Shown: positions 9,865-21,132 of the stretch, one piece after another
How the letters are laid out: every line of letters begins with the position of its first letter
Position numbering within the stretch: the first letter of the stretch is position 1
NCBI GenBank assembly: GCA_902590625.1
Contig: CACIXL010000003.1
Location: 2,294 to 66,293 of the forward strand
Length of the DNA stretch: 64,000 nucleotides
Origin: an uncultured Pelagibacteraceae bacterium
Lineage (GTDB): Bacteria; Pseudomonadota; Alphaproteobacteria; Pelagibacterales; Pelagibacteraceae
Direction of reading: 5' to 3'
The notes under the pieces: generated by a model
The model's database searches: none
What the model saw: only the letters and a program-made list of their open reading frames with translations
Told to the model about the DNA's origin: nothing
Program-made: the position numbers and the translations under genes

Positions 9865-11423
9865 TATTCTAATTCAATAGTACTAGGTGGTTTGGAGGTA
9901 ATATCGTAAACAACTCTATTAATCCCTTTTACATTATTAATAATCTTATTAGAAATACTATCTAAAAAATTTTTTGGAAAATTAAAATAATCAGCGGACA
10001 TGCCATCTTCAGATGTAACAGCCCTTAATAAACAAATATTTTCGTAAGTTCTTGAGTCTCCCATTACTCCTACAGTTTTAATAGGTAATAATGCAGCATA
10101 TGCCTGCCAAATTTTACTATAAAGTCCTTTATTGATTAATTCATTTATATAAATAAAATCTGCTTCTTTAAGTATCCTTAATCTTTCAGGTGTAATATCT
10201 CCAACTATTCTAATTCCAAGTCCAGGCCCTGGAAAAGGATGTTTAAAGTTAATTTTTTCTACTAATCCTAAAGATTTACCTAAAATTCTTACTTCATCTT
10301 TAAAGAATTCCTTCAAAGGTTCTAAAAGTTTTAATTTCATTTTTTTAGGTAAACCACCAACGTTATGATGAGATTTAATTTTTGAAGTTTTGCTACCAGT
10401 AGAGGACCTGCTTTCAATTATATCTGGATAAAGTGTTCCTTGAGCCAAATAATTAATACCTTTATATTTTTTTGACTCCTCCTCAAAAACTTTAATAAAT
10501 AAACTACCAATAATTTTTCTTTTTTTTTCTGGATTGGACACTTTTTTTAATTTTTTTAAAAAAATTTTGGATGCATTAATTAATTTTACATTTAAATTAT
10601 ATTTTTTTTTGAATAAATTATATGTATAACTAAACTCATTTTTCCTCATTAAACCTGTATCAACCATTATACAAATAAGGTTTTTTTTAATAGCTTTATT
10701 AATTAATAAAGCTGCCACACTACTATCTACGCCTCCAGAAAGTGCACAAATAACTTTTTGATTCCCTACAGTATTTTTTATCTCTTCTATTAATCTATTC
10801 TTCTGGGAGGATATTTTCCATCTTTTTTTTATCTTGCAAATTAAAAATAAGAAATTTTCAAAAATTTTTTTACCATTATCAGTATGTGTAACTTCAGGAT
10901 GGAACTGAACTCCATAGATTTTTTTTTTTGAATTCTCAATAATCGTTAAATTGGAATATTTTGTTGACGCTATAGTTGAAAAATTTTTTGGAAGTTTTAC
11001 AACAGCATCTTCATGACTCATCCAAACAGAAGTATTTGATTTTACAAATTTTTTAATAAGTAACGAAGATTTTTTTTTAAATAGATGGGCTCTTCCAAAT
11101 TCCCTCCTTTTTCTTGATGGTTTAATTTTACCACCAAATATCTTAGCAATTAATTGTAATCCATAACATATGCCTAATATTGGTATATTTTCATTAAATA
11201 TTCTTTTTGGAACACTCTCGAATTTTTTTTTTGTTACGGTGGAAGGTCCACCAGAAAGTATAAAGCCTTTTATATTTTGATAATTTTTTATCTTATTTAA
11301 ATCTTTAGGAGTAATAATTTCAGAGTAAACTCCTAATTCTCTCACCCTTCTAGCAATTAATTTTGTTACCTGAGAACCAAAATCAATAATTAATATTTTA
11401 TCTTTTTCGTGTTGAAATTGCAT
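9864..11423 (-). CDS. guaA: GMP synthase (glutamine-hydrolysing)
   Basis: [44 protein letters not shown]. Confidence 0.98.
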   Translation of the reverse strand: MQFQHEKDKILIIDFGSQVTKLIARRVRELGVYSEIITPKDLNKIKNYQNIKGFILSGGPSTVTKKKFESVPKRIFNENIPILGICYGLQLIAKIFGGKIKPSRKRREFGRAHLFKKKSSLLIKKFVKSNTSVWMSHEDAVVKLPKNFSTIASTKYSNLTIIENSKKKIYGVQFHPEVTHTDNGKKIFENFLFLICKIKKRWKISSQKNRLIEEIKNTVGNQKVICALSGGVDSSVAALLINKAIKKNLICIMVDTGLMRKNEFSYTYNLFKKKYNLNVKLINASKIFLKKLKKVSNPEKKRKIIGSLFIKVFEEESKKYKGINYLAQGTLYPDIIESRSSTGSKTSKIKSHHNVGGLPKKMKLKLLEPLKEFFKDEVRILGKSLGLVEKINFKHPFPGPGLGIRIVGDITPERLRILKEADFIYINELINKGLYSKIWQAYAALLPIKTVGVMGDSRTYENICLLRAVTSEDGMSADYFNFPKNFLDSISNKIINNVKGINRVVYDITSKPPSTIELE

Positions 11424-11846
11424 TTATTTTTTAGATAAATTTTCAATTTCAATTTTTAATTTATCACTTTGGGTACAAAATTTCTTACATATTTTTTTCA
11501 GTTTCATGTTTAAATCTTGGCTCTTTACATAGTCTGAAGCATTTAATTTTAATTTAGCAAGATAATAAATTGCTTCCTCGTTATTAGGATTCAATAATAT
11601 TACGGTATTTAAGTTTTGTTCCTCTAAATCTTTTTTTTCAAGTTTTTTAAAAATTTTTGATAAATACAAATAAGATAATTCACTCTTTGGATTAAAGATA
11701 ATATCTTGTTCAAATTTAAACTTTGCATCCTCATATTTTTTTTTTTCATATAAATTAATACCCTCTTGAAAAAATTCTGATCTTGCCCACAAAAAATTCG
11801 GAAGAATTAGCAAAATAAAAATTAATTTAAAAATATTATTTATCAT
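11424..11846 (-). CDS. exported TPR-repeat protein
   Basis: Signal peptide-like N-terminus, TPR-like helices ending in NP; ATGA overlap with guaB. Confidence 0.7.
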   Translation of the reverse strand: MINNIFKLIFILLILPNFLWARSEFFQEGINLYEKKKYEDAKFKFEQDIIFNPKSELSYLYLSKIFKKLEKKDLEEQNLNTVILLNPNNEEAIYYLAKLKLNASDYVKSQDLNMKLKKICKKFCTQSDKLKIEIENLSKK

Positions 11847-12922
11847 AATTTATAATTTATAGTTTTTTGCGTCATTTCTACACTATGGACCATACTCTCA
11901 TAAAAACCAGCTTTTGTTATTTTAACAAATTTAGCTCTTTTATTAATATCTGCTAAATTTTTGGCTCCAATATATCCCATAGATGATCTCAATCCACCTT
12001 GTAATTGATATATAATTTTTGATACTTTTCCTTTGTATTCAACTCTTCCCTCTACTCCTTCAGGTACAAATTTAGATTTATCATTAAAATTTTTTTGGAA
12101 ATATCTATTTGCTGATCCAGCCGACATTGCTCCTATTGATCCCATACCACGATAATGTTTATAAATTTTTCCTTTAATTCTAAATTTCTGTCCTGGACTC
12201 TCATCTGTACCTGCAAAAATTGATCCCATCATTATTGCATTCGCTCCTGCTGCTAGTGCCTTGGCAATATCTCCTGAAAATTTTATTCCTCCATCTGAAA
12301 TAATTTTAATTTTTTTTTTATTTAAAGCTTTTTTAACTTCCATTATGGCTGAAATTTGTGGCACGCCTATACCTGCTACCATTCTGGTAGTGCATATAGA
12401 TCCAGGTCCGATTCCAACTTTGATTATATCAGCACCTGAATTGTATAGTTTTTTTGCAGCTTCACTCGTTGCAATATTTCCAACACATACGGGTATTTTT
12501 TTAATAATTTTTTTTATTTTTGATAAAGTATTTAAAACTTTCTTACTATGTCCATGAGCAGTGTCTATTACAATTAGATCAGCCCCATTTGTTATTAAAG
12601 ATCTTGCTCTTTCAAGATCCTCTGGATTAGTTCCTATTGCTGCTCCCACTAATAATCTATTTTTTTTTACTTTTTTTACTTCACTTGATTGTTTTTTTAT
12701 ATCAAGATTTCTATGAATAATTCCCATGCCTCCCTCTTTAGCTATTGCAATAGCCATTTTTGACTCCGTAACTGTATCCATTGCTGATGTTAAAAAAGGT
12801 ACTTTTAAGGTAATTTGATCAGTTAATCTAAGAGTGATATTAGTACTAGAGGGTAGAATCTCTGAATATTTTGGAAGTAATAATACATCGTCAAAGGTTA
12901 ATGCTTCTTTAATTGATCCCAT
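11843..12922 (-). CDS. guaB: IMP dehydrogenase lacking the CBS subdomain
   Basis: LTFDDVLL, SAMDTVTE, GIGPGSICTTR, YRGMGS, VPEGVEG; only 359 aa. Confidence 0.97.
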   Translation of the reverse strand: MGSIKEALTFDDVLLLPKYSEILPSSTNITLRLTDQITLKVPFLTSAMDTVTESKMAIAIAKEGGMGIIHRNLDIKKQSSEVKKVKKNRLLVGAAIGTNPEDLERARSLITNGADLIVIDTAHGHSKKVLNTLSKIKKIIKKIPVCVGNIATSEAAKKLYNSGADIIKVGIGPGSICTTRMVAGIGVPQISAIMEVKKALNKKKIKIISDGGIKFSGDIAKALAAGANAIMMGSIFAGTDESPGQKFRIKGKIYKHYRGMGSIGAMSAGSANRYFQKNFNDKSKFVPEGVEGRVEYKGKVSKIIYQLQGGLRSSMGYIGAKNLADINKRAKFVKITKAGFYESMVHSVEMTQKTINYKL

Positions 12923-12948
12923 ATAAACTTATATACAATTAATAAAAT

Positions 12949-13575
12949 TTATAAAGACTTTAAAATTTCACAGTGTAAATAAGTTTCTTTTGATTCTTTT
13001 CGGCTAGACTCAGGCTTAAAAAAATTTACTTTTTTAAACAATTTTTTAGCCAAGTTTTTAACTTCAATAAAGTCCTCTCCCATAAAAAGTTTTGAAACCA
13101 ATACACCCTTAGGTTTTAAAATTTCTTTTGAAAAATGAAGTATTTCAGCACACAATCCATTAGTTCTTATCGAATCTAAAGATTTATTACCAGTAGTATC
13201 GGCAGCCATATCGGATATGATAACATCTAGATCAGAGTTAAAATATTCAGTCACTTCATTTTTGACAATTGTATCTAAAAAATTTCCTCTAAGAAACTTT
13301 ACATTTTTTATAGGTTCCATTGTTTTTAAATCCACTGACATTATTTTTCCCGAGGTAATTATTTGAGTTGCTACTTGAGTCCAACCGCCAGGAAATGATC
13401 CTAAATCAAGCAAATTAGTATTTTTTTTTATAAATTTATATTTTTTATTAATCTCTATTAATTTAAAAGAGGCTCTTGAGCGATAACCAAGTATTTTAGA
13501 TTTTTTAAAAAATTGGTCTCTATGTTGCTTAATTTTCCAAGAATTACTTTTTTTTACTCTTTTAGATTTTTTCAT
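12949..13575 (-). CDS. rlmE: 23S rRNA Um2552 methyltransferase
   Basis: YRSRASFKL.EI, DLG..PGGW, ISDMA, KP.SSR.ES.E.Y. Confidence 0.93.
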   Translation of the reverse strand: MKKSKRVKKSNSWKIKQHRDQFFKKSKILGYRSRASFKLIEINKKYKFIKKNTNLLDLGSFPGGWTQVATQIITSGKIMSVDLKTMEPIKNVKFLRGNFLDTIVKNEVTEYFNSDLDVIISDMAADTTGNKSLDSIRTNGLCAEILHFSKEILKPKGVLVSKLFMGEDFIEVKNLAKKLFKKVNFFKPESSRKESKETYLHCEILKSL

Positions 13576-14366
13576 TATAAAATATCTTCATGATTTTCAT
13601 CCGACATTTTATTTAAGTTTTTTTTATTTTGATTGTTGTAAATTGCAATGCTTACAGGAATTGATATTAAGTAAGCCCCTCCGAAGATTAAAAGAGTTTC
13701 AAGAGTGTAAAATAAAAGTGATATAAAAACCACTCCTATTCCCAACAATAGAAAAACAGATGTTTTTGGTGATATTGTAATTTTTTTTAAAGCTAAAGTT
13801 GGTATTTTGCTTACAAGCAAGATCGCGATAAAAATAGTTAAGTAAGGTGTAAAATTTTTAACATCTAAACCAATATTTATTCCAGTAAGCTCATAAATTA
13901 ATGGCATTAAAATCAATAATCCGCCTGCGGGAGAAGGCACTCCTTCAAAAAAATTATTTTTCCATTCTTGACTTTCCTCTACTTTAGTAAGATTAAACCT
14001 GGCTAATCTTAAAACGCAACAAACAGAATAAACAAGTGTTATAGCCCATCCTAATTTACCGTAATTGTTTAATTCCCAAAAATAAAGAATAAATACGGGA
14101 GCTATACCAAAACTTACAAAATCTGTTAAAGAGTCCAATTCTTTTCCAAATTCAGATGTTCCTTTGATTAATCTAGCAATTCTTCCGTCTAAAGCATCTA
14201 AAATTGCTGCAAAAAGAATTAAGTTTACTGCTAAACTAAAATTTCCATCTATTGAAAATTTTATTGAACTTATTCCTAAACAAACACCAGCTAAAGTTAA
14301 GATGTTCGGCAACAGATACCTTGTTTTTTTTGATGAGACTAATTTAAATTTATTTTTCTCTTCCAT
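13575..14366 (-). CDS. pssA: CDP-diacylglycerol--serine O-phosphatidyltransferase
   Basis: LPNILT, DALDGRIAR...S.FG.ELDSL.D, LRLARFN; next to psd. Confidence 0.93.
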   Translation of the reverse strand: MEEKNKFKLVSSKKTRYLLPNILTLAGVCLGISSIKFSIDGNFSLAVNLILFAAILDALDGRIARLIKGTSEFGKELDSLTDFVSFGIAPVFILYFWELNNYGKLGWAITLVYSVCCVLRLARFNLTKVEESQEWKNNFFEGVPSPAGGLLILMPLIYELTGINIGLDVKNFTPYLTIFIAILLVSKIPTLALKKITISPKTSVFLLLGIGVVFISLLFYTLETLLIFGGAYLISIPVSIAIYNNQNKKNLNKMSDENHEDIL

Positions 14367-15013
14367 TATTCTGAAGCAATTAAGCTTTCTCCAGCCACAA
14401 CATTTTGTCCAATTTTCGCTAAAACTTTTTTATTCTTAAAATAAATATCAACTCTGCTACCAAACCGTATCATGCCTATTCTGTCACCTTGTTTTAATTT
14501 TTGTCCCTGTTCTACTTCACAAACTATTCTTCGCGCAATAAGTCCGGCTATCTGAACAATTATTAATTCTTCTCCATTATTTAATTTAATCTTAAAATAA
14601 TTTCTCTCATTTTCATCACTAGCCTTATCTAAAGATGCATTTAAAAATTTTCCAGGCTTGTAAAATATTTCTTCAACAACACCAGACGATGGAACCCTGT
14701 TAACGTGACAGTTGAATACATTCATAAAAACGCTTACTTTAGTATAAGAAATGTTTTCTAATCTAAGTTCTTCTGGTCCTGATTTTTCGGATATATCAGT
14801 AATTAAACCGTCTGCTGGGCACACTAAGTATTTATCATCATTAATTGAATATCTTTCTGGATCCCTAAAAAAATAATAAATCCATATAGAGACTATTATA
14901 AGGAGAATTCCTAAAAGTTTTGAAAAAAACAAAGTAATAAAGGTCGCTAAAACTGAAATAGCAAGAAACTTGTATCCTTCTTTATGTATTTTTGGAAATA
15001 TTGTATTCAACAT
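14366..15013 (-). CDS. psd: phosphatidylserine decarboxylase proenzyme
   Basis: FFRDPER, PADG, FM...NCHVNR.P, QIAGLIARRI, IRFGSRVD. Confidence 0.95.
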   Translation of the reverse strand: MLNTIFPKIHKEGYKFLAISVLATFITLFFSKLLGILLIIVSIWIYYFFRDPERYSINDDKYLVCPADGLITDISEKSGPEELRLENISYTKVSVFMNVFNCHVNRVPSSGVVEEIFYKPGKFLNASLDKASDENERNYFKIKLNNGEELIIVQIAGLIARRIVCEVEQGQKLKQGDRIGMIRFGSRVDIYFKNKKVLAKIGQNVVAGESLIASE

Positions 15014-15077
15014 AATTTAAAGTTTGATAAATTTTTCTTAATATGTATAAAAATCACAGTTAATCAATCTATATTTT

Positions 15078-16292
15078 ATGGCAAAAATTAAAGTAAAAAA
15101 TCCTGTTGTAGAGCTTGATGGCGACGAAATGACGAGAATTATTTGGTCCTTTATCAAAGATAAGCTAATCAAACCCTACTTAGAAATAGACTTAAAATAC
15201 TACGATTTAGGAATGGAAAGTCGGGATAAAACTGACGACCAGATCACTATTGACGCTGCTAATGCCATAAAACAATACGGTGTTGGTGTAAAATGCGCAA
15301 CTATCACACCAGATGAAGCAAGAGTTGAGGAATTTAAACTTAAAAAAATGTGGAGATCTCCTAATGGAACTATTCGAAATATATTAGGTGGAACAGTATT
15401 TAGGGAACCAATTATTTGTAAAAATGTTCCAAAATTAGTTCCTGGATGGACACACCCAATAGTAATTGGAAGACACGCTTTTGGTGATCAATATCGTGCA
15501 ACTGATTTTTTAATCCCCGGAGAAGGTAAAATGGAAGTTAAGTGGACATCAAAAGACGGTAAAGATAAAAAAGAATTTGAAGTATTTAATTTTACTGGAC
15601 CAGGTACAGCTTTGGCTATGTACAATTTAGATGACTCAATTAAAAACTTTGCTAGAGCGTGTATGAATTATGGTCTAGGTAGAAAATGGCCTGTTTATTT
15701 ATCAACTAAAAATACAATCTTAAAGGCCTACGATGGTCGTTTTAAAGATTTATTCCAAGAGGTGTTTAAAAAAGAATTTAAAAACAAATTTGAAGCAGCG
15801 CAAATCACTTATGAACATAGATTAATTGATGACATGGTAGCTTGTGCTATGAAATGGAATGGAGGTTACGTTTGGGCTTGTAAAAACTATGACGGCGATG
15901 TTCAGTCAGATACTGTAGCTCAAGGTTTTGGTTCTTTAGGATTAATGACAAGTGTATTAATGACCCCAGATGGAAAAATTGTTGAGTCAGAAGCTGCTCA
16001 CGGAACAGTAACTAGACACTACAGGATGCATCAACAAGGGAAAGAAACTTCTACAAATCCAATAGCCTCAATTTTTGCTTGGACGAGAGGTTTAGCTCAC
16101 AGAGGAAAATTAGATAATAATAATGAACTTATTAAGTTTGCTTCTTCACTTGAAAAAGTTTGTGTTGAAACTGTTGAGAGCGGTTCAATGACAAAAGACC
16201 TTGCTATCTTGATTGATAAGTCATCAAAATATTTAACAACCAATCAATTTTTAGAAGCCATTGATGGAAATTTAAAGAAAAAACTTAATTAA
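15078..16292 (+). CDS. icd: NADP-dependent isocitrate dehydrogenase
   Basis: [45 protein letters not shown]. Confidence 0.98.
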   Translation: MAKIKVKNPVVELDGDEMTRIIWSFIKDKLIKPYLEIDLKYYDLGMESRDKTDDQITIDAANAIKQYGVGVKCATITPDEARVEEFKLKKMWRSPNGTIRNILGGTVFREPIICKNVPKLVPGWTHPIVIGRHAFGDQYRATDFLIPGEGKMEVKWTSKDGKDKKEFEVFNFTGPGTALAMYNLDDSIKNFARACMNYGLGRKWPVYLSTKNTILKAYDGRFKDLFQEVFKKEFKNKFEAAQITYEHRLIDDMVACAMKWNGGYVWACKNYDGDVQSDTVAQGFGSLGLMTSVLMTPDGKIVESEAAHGTVTRHYRMHQQGKETSTNPIASIFAWTRGLAHRGKLDNNNELIKFASSLEKVCVETVESGSMTKDLAILIDKSSKYLTTNQFLEAIDGNLKKKLN

Positions 16293-18960
16293 GTTTTTTT
16301 CTGACTACCTCGAAAGCTTGTTCAATTTTACTTTGATCAACACCACCAGCTTGAGCAAAATCTTTTCTTCCTCCTCCACCTTTTCCTCCTAAAATTTCTG
16401 ATGCAATCTTTACAAGTGTGACAGCATCAAATTTAGTCGTAAGATCTTTAGAAACTCCTACAGCAACTCCTACTTTACCCTCAAAAGTAGAAATACTTAT
16501 TATGACACCTGATTTAATCTCTTGTTTACCTTGATCAATTATTCCTCTTAATTCTTTAGGAGGAAAATCTTTTAAAATTTGCTCTCGAATTAATATATCT
16601 CCAATTTTTTTATCCTGAATTATATTTTTACTTTTATCTTTCTTGATGCTTTCAATTTTTACTTTGTTAAGCTGTTTATTTAAATTTTTTAAGTTTTCGG
16701 TTAAATCTAAGTTATCTTTGTAATCTGGCTTTATTTTTAGTTTTTGTAATTCCTTTTTAATTAATGTTATTTCATTTTTTAAATTTGACTCTTTTTGAGA
16801 TTGATCTTGTTTTTGTGTTTTTTCATAGTCTTCTAATTGTTTATCTCTTAACGCCTCTACTCTCCTAACTCCTGAGGCGATTGAAGATTGACTTATAACT
16901 TTAAATTTGCCAACATCTTTAGTATTTTTAACATGAGTGCCTCCACACAACTCTGTTGAGAAAAAACTATTGTTTTCCTTTCCCATAAAAACTACTCTAA
17001 CTTCTTCGCCATATTTTTCGCCAAATAATGCTAATGCGCCGATGTTTACTGCTTCTTTTGGAGTCATTATTCTTGTTTGCACATCAGTTGAGCCAGCTAC
17101 AATTTTGTTTACAATATTATTTATTTTTTTCATCTCCTCTTTTTCAATAGGCTTATTATGACTAAAATCAAATCTTAGCCTATCTGGTGAAACTAACGAA
17201 CCTTTTTGAGTGACATGTTTTCCTAAGGTTCTTCTTAATGACTCGTGTAATAAATGAGTTGCTGAATGATAAGCTTTAGAGTTATTTCTTTTTAAAATAT
17301 CTATCTCTAAATTAACGTTTTGCCCAATTGAAATTGAACCTTTTTCAATTTTTCCATAATGGATGTATAAATCTCCCATTTTTTTTTGGGTGTCGTTAAT
17401 TTTTATTTTGCAATCTGAATTAAAAATATAACCCTGGTCACCAACTTGACCTCCTGACTCTCCATAAAAAGGGGTTTGATTTGTTATGACTTCTACCTCA
17501 TCTCCAGTGCTAGCTGAATCTACAAACTTACCATCTTTTGAAATTTTAATAACAACACCCTCTGCTTTATCAAATTCATAACCTAAAAATTCAGTTGGAT
17601 TTATCTCTTCTCTTATTTTAAACCATCTTTCCTCAATAGATTTATCTCCAGACCCTTTCCAATTAGCTCGCGCAAGAGTTTTACTTTTTTCCATCTCTTT
17701 TTCAAAACCAATATTATCTACTTTAATTCCCTTTCCTTTTAAGATGTCTGCGGTTAGGTCTAATGGGAAACCATAAGTATCATATAATTTAAATGCTGTT
17801 GATCCTGGAAAGGTTTTATTTGAAACTTTAGTCAAATTTTCATCAAGTATTTTCATTCCTCGTTCTAAAAGAGAAGAAAATTTTTCTTCCTCATTTTTTA
17901 AAGTCTCAATTATTAATTCTTTGCCAGTAATTAATTCAGGATAACTACTTTTCATTTCATTCAATAAAATATCAAATAACTTATAAAAAACAGTATCTTT
18001 GCTTCCTAAAGAATGAGCATGCCTCATCCCACGTCTCATGATTCTTCTTAAAACATATCCTCTTCCTTCGTTAGAAGGTAATATTCCCTCAGCGATTAAA
18101 AAACTGCTAGCCCTTAAATGATCTGCAATAACTCTGTGACTCGCAATAGTTGACTCTTTTATAGGTGACTTCAATAAATCGGAAGATGCACCTATAATTT
18201 TTTTAAAGTGATCGATCTTATAATTATCATGGGTCCCTTGAAGGACTGCTGTCATTCGTTCAAGGCCCATTCCAGTATCTACCGAGGGTTTTGGTAAATT
18301 TATTCTTTTATCTTTCGAAATTTGCTCGTACTGCATAAATACTAAATTCCATATCTCAATAAATCTATCTCCATCTTCATCTAAGCTTCCTGGGGGTCCT
18401 CCTTTTAATTTTTCGCCGTGATCGTAAAAAATTTCTGAGCAAGGACCACACGGACCAGTATCTCCCATTGACCAAAAGTTATCTGAAGTTGCTATTTTTA
18501 TTATTTTGTTATCACTTAATCCTGCAATTTTTTTCCAAAGTTTAAATGACTCTTCATCTTCATGGTAAACTGTCACAGAAAGTTTTTCTTTAGGCAATTT
18601 AAAATCTTTTGTTAATAAATTCCAAGCGTGATTAATTGCCTGCTCTTTAAAGTAATCTCCAAAGGAAAAATTTCCAAGCATTTCAAAAAAGGTATGGTGC
18701 CTTGGTGTGTATCCTACGTTTTCTAAATCATTATGTTTTCCACCAGCTCTTACACATTTTTGAGATGTTGTGGCAGTTTTATAATCCCTTTTTTCTAAAC
18801 CTGTGAAAACATTTTTAAATTGAACCATGCCTGAGTTGGTGAACATCAGAGTAGGATCATTATTTGGAACTAAGTTGCTAGAGTCTACAACCTTATGATC
18901 ATTTTTTTTAAAATAATCTAAAAATTTTTTCCTGACATCGGTAAGTAAAATTTGGCCCAT
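16285..18960 (-). CDS. alaS: alanine--tRNA ligase
   Basis: [39 protein letters not shown]; ATG at 18960 preferred. Confidence 0.98.
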   Translation of the reverse strand: MGQILLTDVRKKFLDYFKKNDHKVVDSSNLVPNNDPTLMFTNSGMVQFKNVFTGLEKRDYKTATTSQKCVRAGGKHNDLENVGYTPRHHTFFEMLGNFSFGDYFKEQAINHAWNLLTKDFKLPKEKLSVTVYHEDEESFKLWKKIAGLSDNKIIKIATSDNFWSMGDTGPCGPCSEIFYDHGEKLKGGPPGSLDEDGDRFIEIWNLVFMQYEQISKDKRINLPKPSVDTGMGLERMTAVLQGTHDNYKIDHFKKIIGASSDLLKSPIKESTIASHRVIADHLRASSFLIAEGILPSNEGRGYVLRRIMRRGMRHAHSLGSKDTVFYKLFDILLNEMKSSYPELITGKELIIETLKNEEEKFSSLLERGMKILDENLTKVSNKTFPGSTAFKLYDTYGFPLDLTADILKGKGIKVDNIGFEKEMEKSKTLARANWKGSGDKSIEERWFKIREEINPTEFLGYEFDKAEGVVIKISKDGKFVDSASTGDEVEVITNQTPFYGESGGQVGDQGYIFNSDCKIKINDTQKKMGDLYIHYGKIEKGSISIGQNVNLEIDILKRNNSKAYHSATHLLHESLRRTLGKHVTQKGSLVSPDRLRFDFSHNKPIEKEEMKKINNIVNKIVAGSTDVQTRIMTPKEAVNIGALALFGEKYGEEVRVVFMGKENNSFFSTELCGGTHVKNTKDVGKFKVISQSSIASGVRRVEALRDKQLEDYEKTQKQDQSQKESNLKNEITLIKKELQKLKIKPDYKDNLDLTENLKNLNKQLNKVKIESIKKDKSKNIIQDKKIGDILIREQILKDFPPKELRGIIDQGKQEIKSGVIISISTFEGKVGVAVGVSKDLTTKFDAVTLVKIASEILGGKGGGGRKDFAQAGGVDQSKIEQAFEVVRKKLN

Positions 18961-19003
18961 ATTCAATTAAATACAGATATTTAAGAACTTGTCTATAAAG
19001 AGA

Positions 19004-19360
19004 TTAAATTGCTTTTTTTTTATCGTTGTCTACTACAACGCAAATTTCAGATTTTGTTAAAAATCTTTGCCCTGTTCCATTATCAAGGGAAAACATGCCT
19101 CCTATCCCTTTTACAGCATCAATTGTCAGATCTGTGTGTTTCCACTTCTCATACTGATCTTCATTCATATAGAAAGGGGTTCCATCAACCTCACCCAATT
19201 TTACGTCGCTGTTTCCTACTTGATATTCTTTTGCTGGAAAACACATAGGTGCGCTTCCATCACAACACCCGCCTGATTGGTGAAACAGTAGATCTTTTCC
19301 ATGAACTTCTTTGATTTCACTAAGTAGTTTCTTTGCTGATAATGTAAATGATACTTTCAT
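19004..19360 (-). CDS. DUF779 family protein
   Basis: FHQSGGCCDGSAPMC...QYE.WKHT.L.ID...G.GGMFSL.NG; follows aldB; ATG 19360 preferred because the 19378 ATG lies inside a hairpin. Confidence 0.85.
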   Translation of the reverse strand: MKVSFTLSAKKLLSEIKEVHGKDLLFHQSGGCCDGSAPMCFPAKEYQVGNSDVKLGEVDGTPFYMNEDQYEKWKHTDLTIDAVKGIGGMFSLDNGTGQRFLTKSEICVVVDNDKKKAI

Positions 19361-19371
19361 TTCTATATTTC

Positions 19372-19396
19372 GGCCCATGATTTTGAATCATGGGCC
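19372..19396 (-). other. intercistronic stem-loop between aldB and DUF779
   Basis: Perfect 11-bp inverted repeat GGCCCATGATT-ttg-AATCATGGGCC with no U-tract. Confidence 0.75.
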
Positions 19397-19411
19397 ATTA
19401 TATATTATTGG

Positions 19412-20965
19412 TTAAAAGAAGCCTAATTTTTTCTCACTATACGACACGTGTAAGTTCTTTACTTGTCTGTAATGATTTAACATCATTTTGTGAGTTTCTC
19501 TTCCGATACCAGATTGTTTGTAACCGCCAAATGCAGCATGAGCTGGGTATGCGTGATAGCAGTTCGTCCAAACTCTACCTGCTTGTATACCTCTACCCAT
19601 TCTGTATGCAACGTTACCATCTCTAGTCCAAACACCTGCTCCAAGTCCATAAAGAGTATCATTAGCTATTTCTAATGCTTCTTTTTCATCTTTAAACTTA
19701 GTAACTGATACTACAGGTCCAAAGATCTCTTCTTGGAATATTCGCATATTGTTTTTACCCTCAAAGATAGTTGGTTGGATATAATTTCCTTTTTCTAATC
19801 CACTATTAATTTTAGCTGCACTACCACCACATAGAACTTTGGCACCCTCTTTCTTACCTAGGTCTAAGTAAGATTTAATTTTTTCCATTTGTTCTAGTGA
19901 AGCTTGAGCTCCAATCATAGTCTCCATTTTTAAAGGATTGTCTTGTTTTACAGCTTTTGTTCTTGCGATGGCTCTTTCCATGAATTTATCATAAATAGAC
20001 TCTTGAATTAGAGCTCTGCTTGGGCAAGTACAAACTTCTCCTTGGTTAAGCGTAAACATAGCAAAACCTTCTAAACATTTGTCAAAGAAGTCGTCATCTT
20101 TAGCCAAAACATCTTCAAAGAAAATGTTTGGTGATTTTCCACCTAATTCCAAAGTGATTGGAATTAAGTTTTGAGATGCGTACTGCATAATCAAACGTCC
20201 AGTAGTAGTTTCACCAGTAAAAGCTATCTTCTTTATTCTTTTTGAAGATGCTAGTGGTTTACCTGCTTCAAGACCATATCCACTTACAACGTTAACAACA
20301 CCTGCTGGTAATAGATCTCCAATTAGTTCCATTAACAACATGATTGATGCTGGTGTTTGCTCAGCTGGTTTTAATACAACACAATTTCCTGCAGCCAAAG
20401 CCGGTGCAAGTTTCCATGTTGCCATTAATAATGGGAAGTTCCATGGTATGATTTGTCCAACCACACCTAATGGTTCAGGTATGTGGTAAGAATATTCACT
20501 ATTGCTTATTTCAGCAACTGAACCTTCCTCTGCTCTTATTACTCCTGCAAAATATCTCCAATGATCAATTACCAAAGGTAAATCTGCAGCCATACATTCT
20601 CTAATTGGCTTACCATTGTCTAAACATTCTGCTGTCGCTAAAACGTTAAGATTTTTCTCAATTACATCTGCAATTTTTAAGAGAATGTTTGATCTCTCTC
20701 CAATTGATGTTGTTCCCCATGCAGGAAATGCTGCATGAGCTGCGTCTAGAGCAAAATCAACGTCTTTCTCGTTCGATCTTGGCACCTTACAGATAACTTC
20801 ATTAGTGATAGGAGTAGTATTATCAAAATACTTTCCAGATTTAGGTTCTACAAATTTTCCGTTAATGTAGTTTCCATATTTAGCTTTAAATGGAAATTTA
20901 ACCTTCAAATGAGAGGTATCTAAAGATGAAGACACTTTCGAGCTTGTTGCTTGTTGTGTACTCAT
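19412..20965 (-). CDS. aldB: NAD-dependent aldehyde (acetaldehyde) dehydrogenase, AldB/ExaC/AcoD type
   Basis: [57 protein letters not shown]; SD-like GGGGG upstream. Confidence 0.92.
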   Translation of the reverse strand: MSTQQATSSKVSSSLDTSHLKVKFPFKAKYGNYINGKFVEPKSGKYFDNTTPITNEVICKVPRSNEKDVDFALDAAHAAFPAWGTTSIGERSNILLKIADVIEKNLNVLATAECLDNGKPIRECMAADLPLVIDHWRYFAGVIRAEEGSVAEISNSEYSYHIPEPLGVVGQIIPWNFPLLMATWKLAPALAAGNCVVLKPAEQTPASIMLLMELIGDLLPAGVVNVVSGYGLEAGKPLASSKRIKKIAFTGETTTGRLIMQYASQNLIPITLELGGKSPNIFFEDVLAKDDDFFDKCLEGFAMFTLNQGEVCTCPSRALIQESIYDKFMERAIARTKAVKQDNPLKMETMIGAQASLEQMEKIKSYLDLGKKEGAKVLCGGSAAKINSGLEKGNYIQPTIFEGKNNMRIFQEEIFGPVVSVTKFKDEKEALEIANDTLYGLGAGVWTRDGNVAYRMGRGIQAGRVWTNCYHAYPAHAAFGGYKQSGIGRETHKMMLNHYRQVKNLHVSYSEKKLGFF

Positions 20966-21088
20966 TTTTCCCCCTTTTGTTCTAATTGTTAATTAGAACC
21001 AATCTGAACTAAATTGTCTACGATTAATTTAGTCGCGTTTCAAGCGAACTACTAAATGTTGATTAGATCAATTTCAAGTTGTTTTGGG

Positions 21089-21114
21089 AAACGGGAAGCT
21101 ATTGCTTCCCGTTT
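21089..21114 (-). terminator. stem-loop downstream of recA (terminator or 3' stabiliser)
   Basis: Perfect 11-bp stem AAACGGGAAGC/GCTTCCCGTTT with 4-nt loop; U-tract is short. Confidence 0.65.
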
Positions 21115-21132
21115 ACAATGATGGCAAAGGAA

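Noticed and set aside
21059-21071. FNR box upstream of aldB
   Set aside because: Spacer is 3 nt and FNR requires TTGAT-N4-ATCAA; recorded only as an unassigned palindrome
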